Below are positions 62,147 to 64,000 of a stretch of 64,000 nucleotides of DNA, one piece after another (position 1 is the first letter of the stretch; each line of letters starts with the position of its first letter). Under the pieces are notes generated by a model that saw only the letters and a program-made list of their open reading frames with translations, was not told where the DNA came from and made no database searches. The stretch spans positions 3,414 to 67,413 of the forward strand of contig DATKPP010000069.1 in the NCBI GenBank assembly GCA_035524075.1, read 5' to 3'. The stretch comes from Steroidobacteraceae bacterium (GTDB lineage: Bacteria > Pseudomonadota > Gammaproteobacteria > Steroidobacterales > Steroidobacteraceae). A program made the position numbers and the translations under genes.

Positions 62147-64000
62147 ATGTTCGGCAAGCTCACCTGGCAGGCGATTCCTTTCGATCAGCCGATTCCGCTC
62201 GCTGCGGGCGCTTTCGTCGTGCTGGTCATGCTGGGAACTGTCCTCTGGGTCGCCGTGAAGGGCTACGTCCCCTACCTCTGGCGCGAGTGGATCACGAGCG
62301 TCGATCACAAGCGCATCGGCATCATGTACTGCCTGCTGGCGCTCGTGATGCTGGTGCGCGGGTTCATCGATGCGCTCATGATGCGCTCACAGCAGGCACT
62401 CGCCTTCCACGGCCCGGGCTATCTGCCCCCCGAGCACTACGATCAGATCTTCTCCGCGCACGGCACGATCATGATCTTCTTCGTGGCCATGCCGTTCGTG
62501 ATCGGGCTCATGAACTTCGTGGTACCGCTGCAGCTCGGGGTGCGCGATGTCGCCTTCCCGACGCTCAACTCCGTGAGCTTCTGGCTCACCTGCGCAGGGG
62601 CCCTCCTCGTCAACCTCTCCCTCGTGGTCGGGGAATTCTCAAGAGCGACCTGGCTGCCGTATCCACCCTTGTCGGAGCTGCAGTTCTCCCCAGGGGTCGG
62701 CGTGGACTATTACTGCTGGGCGCTGCAGATCTCGGGCATTGGAACGCTCATGACGGGGATCAACTTCGTCACCACGATTCTCAAGATGCGCGCGCCGGGC
62801 ATGAGTTACACGCGCATGCCGATGTTCTGCTGGACCGCGCTCGCCTCGAATCTGCTCATCGTCGCGGCATTCCCGGTGCTCACCGCCACTCTTGCGATGC
62901 TGCTGCTCGATCGTTACCTCGGCTTTCATTTCTTCACGAGCGAGGCCGGCGGCAACGCCATGATGTTCATGAACCTCATCTGGGTCTGGGGCCACCCGGA
63001 GGTCTACATCCTCATCCTGCCCGCCTTCGGCATCTACTCCGAGGTCGTGTCGACCTTCTCCGGCAAGCCCTTGTTCGGCTATCGCTCCATGATGATGGCG
63101 ACCATGGCGATCTGCCTCATCTCGTTCATGGTGTGGCTGCATCACTTCTTCACCATGGGCGCGGGCGGTGATGTGAACGGCTTCTTCGGCATCGCCTCGA
63201 TGGTCATTGCCGTGCCAACCGGGGTGAAGATCTTCAACTGGCTCTTCACCATGTACGGCGGACGGGTCCGGTACAGCGTCGCGATGTTGTACTCCGTGGG
63301 GTTCATGCTGAGCTTCGTCGTCGGCGGCATGACCGGTGTGCTCCTCGCCAATCCGCCGGCGGATTTTCAGCTCCACAACAGCCTGTTTCTCGTTGCGCAC
63401 TTCCACAACACCATCATTCCGGGTGTCGTGTTCGGCGTCTTCGCGGGCTACAACTATTGGTTTCCCAAAGCGTTCGGGTTCAGCCTCGATGAGCGCCTGG
63501 GGAAATGGTCCTTCTGGCTCTGGCTGGTCGGCTTCTGGGTCGCGTTCGCTCCGCTTTATGTCCTGGGTCTCGAGGGCATGACACGGCGCCTGCAGCACTA
63601 CGACCGGGCCGACTGGCACCCGTGGACGCTGGTTGCACTCGGCGGGGCGTTGATCATCCTGTGCGCGATCGTCGTGCAGATCGCGCAGCTGGTCGTCTCC
63701 ATCCGCACACGCGATCGGCGGCGGGAGCCGACCGGTGATCCCTGGGACGGACGCAATCTGGAGTGGGCGACGGCCTCGCCCCCTCCCCCCTTCAATTTCG
63801 CCGTGCTGCCGAATGTGCGGGGTCAGGAGCCGTACTGGGACATGAAGCTCAAGGCACGTGAGACCGGCCACTTGCTCACGCCCGAGCCGCATTACCAGAC
63901 GATCGAGATGCCCCGCAACTCTCCAACCGGCTTCGTCACGGCATTCTTCGCCGTGGTGACGGGATTCTCGCTGATCTGGCACATCTGGTGGCTGGTCGTG
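62147..64000 (+). CDS. cyoB: Cytochrome o (bo3) ubiquinol oxidase subunit I, 3'-truncated by the window edge
   Basis: Own translation from ATG 62147, 1 nt after the cyoA stop: [17 protein letters not shown]...[14 protein letters not shown]...[42 protein letters not shown] is nearly colinear with E. coli CyoB. Absent from the ORF track because there is no stop in the window. Confidence 0.95.
   Translation, partial: MFGKLTWQAIPFDQPIPLAAGAFVVLVMLGTVLWVAVKGYVPYLWREWITSVDHKRIGIMYCLLALVMLVRGFIDALMMRSQQALAFHGPGYLPPEHYDQIFSAHGTIMIFFVAMPFVIGLMNFVVPLQLGVRDVAFPTLNSVSFWLTCAGALLVNLSLVVGEFSRATWLPYPPLSELQFSPGVGVDYYCWALQISGIGTLMTGINFVTTILKMRAPGMSYTRMPMFCWTALASNLLIVAAFPVLTATLAMLLLDRYLGFHFFTSEAGGNAMMFMNLIWVWGHPEVYILILPAFGIYSEVVSTFSGKPLFGYRSMMMATMAICLISFMVWLHHFFTMGAGGDVNGFFGIASMVIAVPTGVKIFNWLFTMYGGRVRYSVAMLYSVGFMLSFVVGGMTGVLLANPPADFQLHNSLFLVAHFHNTIIPGVVFGVFAGYNYWFPKAFGFSLDERLGKWSFWLWLVGFWVAFAPLYVLGLEGMTRRLQHYDRADWHPWTLVALGGALIILCAIVVQIAQLVVSIRTRDRRREPTGDPWDGRNLEWATASPPPPFNFAVLPNVRGQEPYWDMKLKARETGHLLTPEPHYQTIEMPRNSPTGFVTAFFAVVTGFSLIWHIWWLVV

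Noticed and set aside
62287-63982. Track ORFs 62287..63171 (+) and 62639..63982 (-)
   Set aside because: Off-frame or antisense within cyoB. My own translation from 62147 reproduces the CyoB sequence almost residue for residue.

Overview
High-GC (about two-thirds G+C by eye), densely coding chromosomal segment from a Gram-negative, proteobacterium-like genome. It carries TonB-dependent receptors, RseP, cyoAB and lipoboxes. I support about 46 CDS. By eye I saw no rRNA, tRNA, CRISPR array, IS or transposase, and no integrase or phage genes.

Gene order, left to right:
- truncated Zn-alcohol dehydrogenase
- L,D-transpeptidase
- BON lipoprotein
- AAG-type 3-methyladenine glycosylase
- cysQ-cysD-cysNC sulfate-activation operon
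- two adjacent exported proteins sharing a two-Cys module
- a dispersed cofactor-F420 gene set (metF-like, fbiC, cofC, cofE, PPOX-family gene, fgd), interleaved with tandem lipoprotein paralogs, rseP, a NodB deacetylase, an SDR and a 633-aa lipoprotein
- two very large convergent TonB-dependent receptors
- LysR regulator plus cytochrome c-prime
- cassette 1, the most interesting part (described below)
- MHS-type MFS transporter
- malate synthase A
- cassette 2, a diverged copy of cassette 1
- GumN/TraB-family gene coupled to a membrane metallophosphoesterase
- DHA2-type MFS transporter
- a stand-alone fused LigB-LigA gallate-dioxygenase-like gene
- another MFS transporter
- an 894-aa secreted orphan, divergent from a tricorn-type S41 protease
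- cyoA and a truncated cyoB

Cassette 1 is a tightly coupled five-gene operon on the minus strand: a Tat-exported MBL-fold protein, a di-haem DUF1592-type protein, a Tat-exported DUF1552-type protein, a periplasmic ankyrin-repeat protein and cytochrome b561. Cassette 2 repeats the first four genes, with the MBL gene inverted and no b561. I propose this duplicated cassette as a candidate uncharacterised periplasmic redox or enzyme system.

All functional calls come from my own reading of motifs in the supplied translations. No database search was run.
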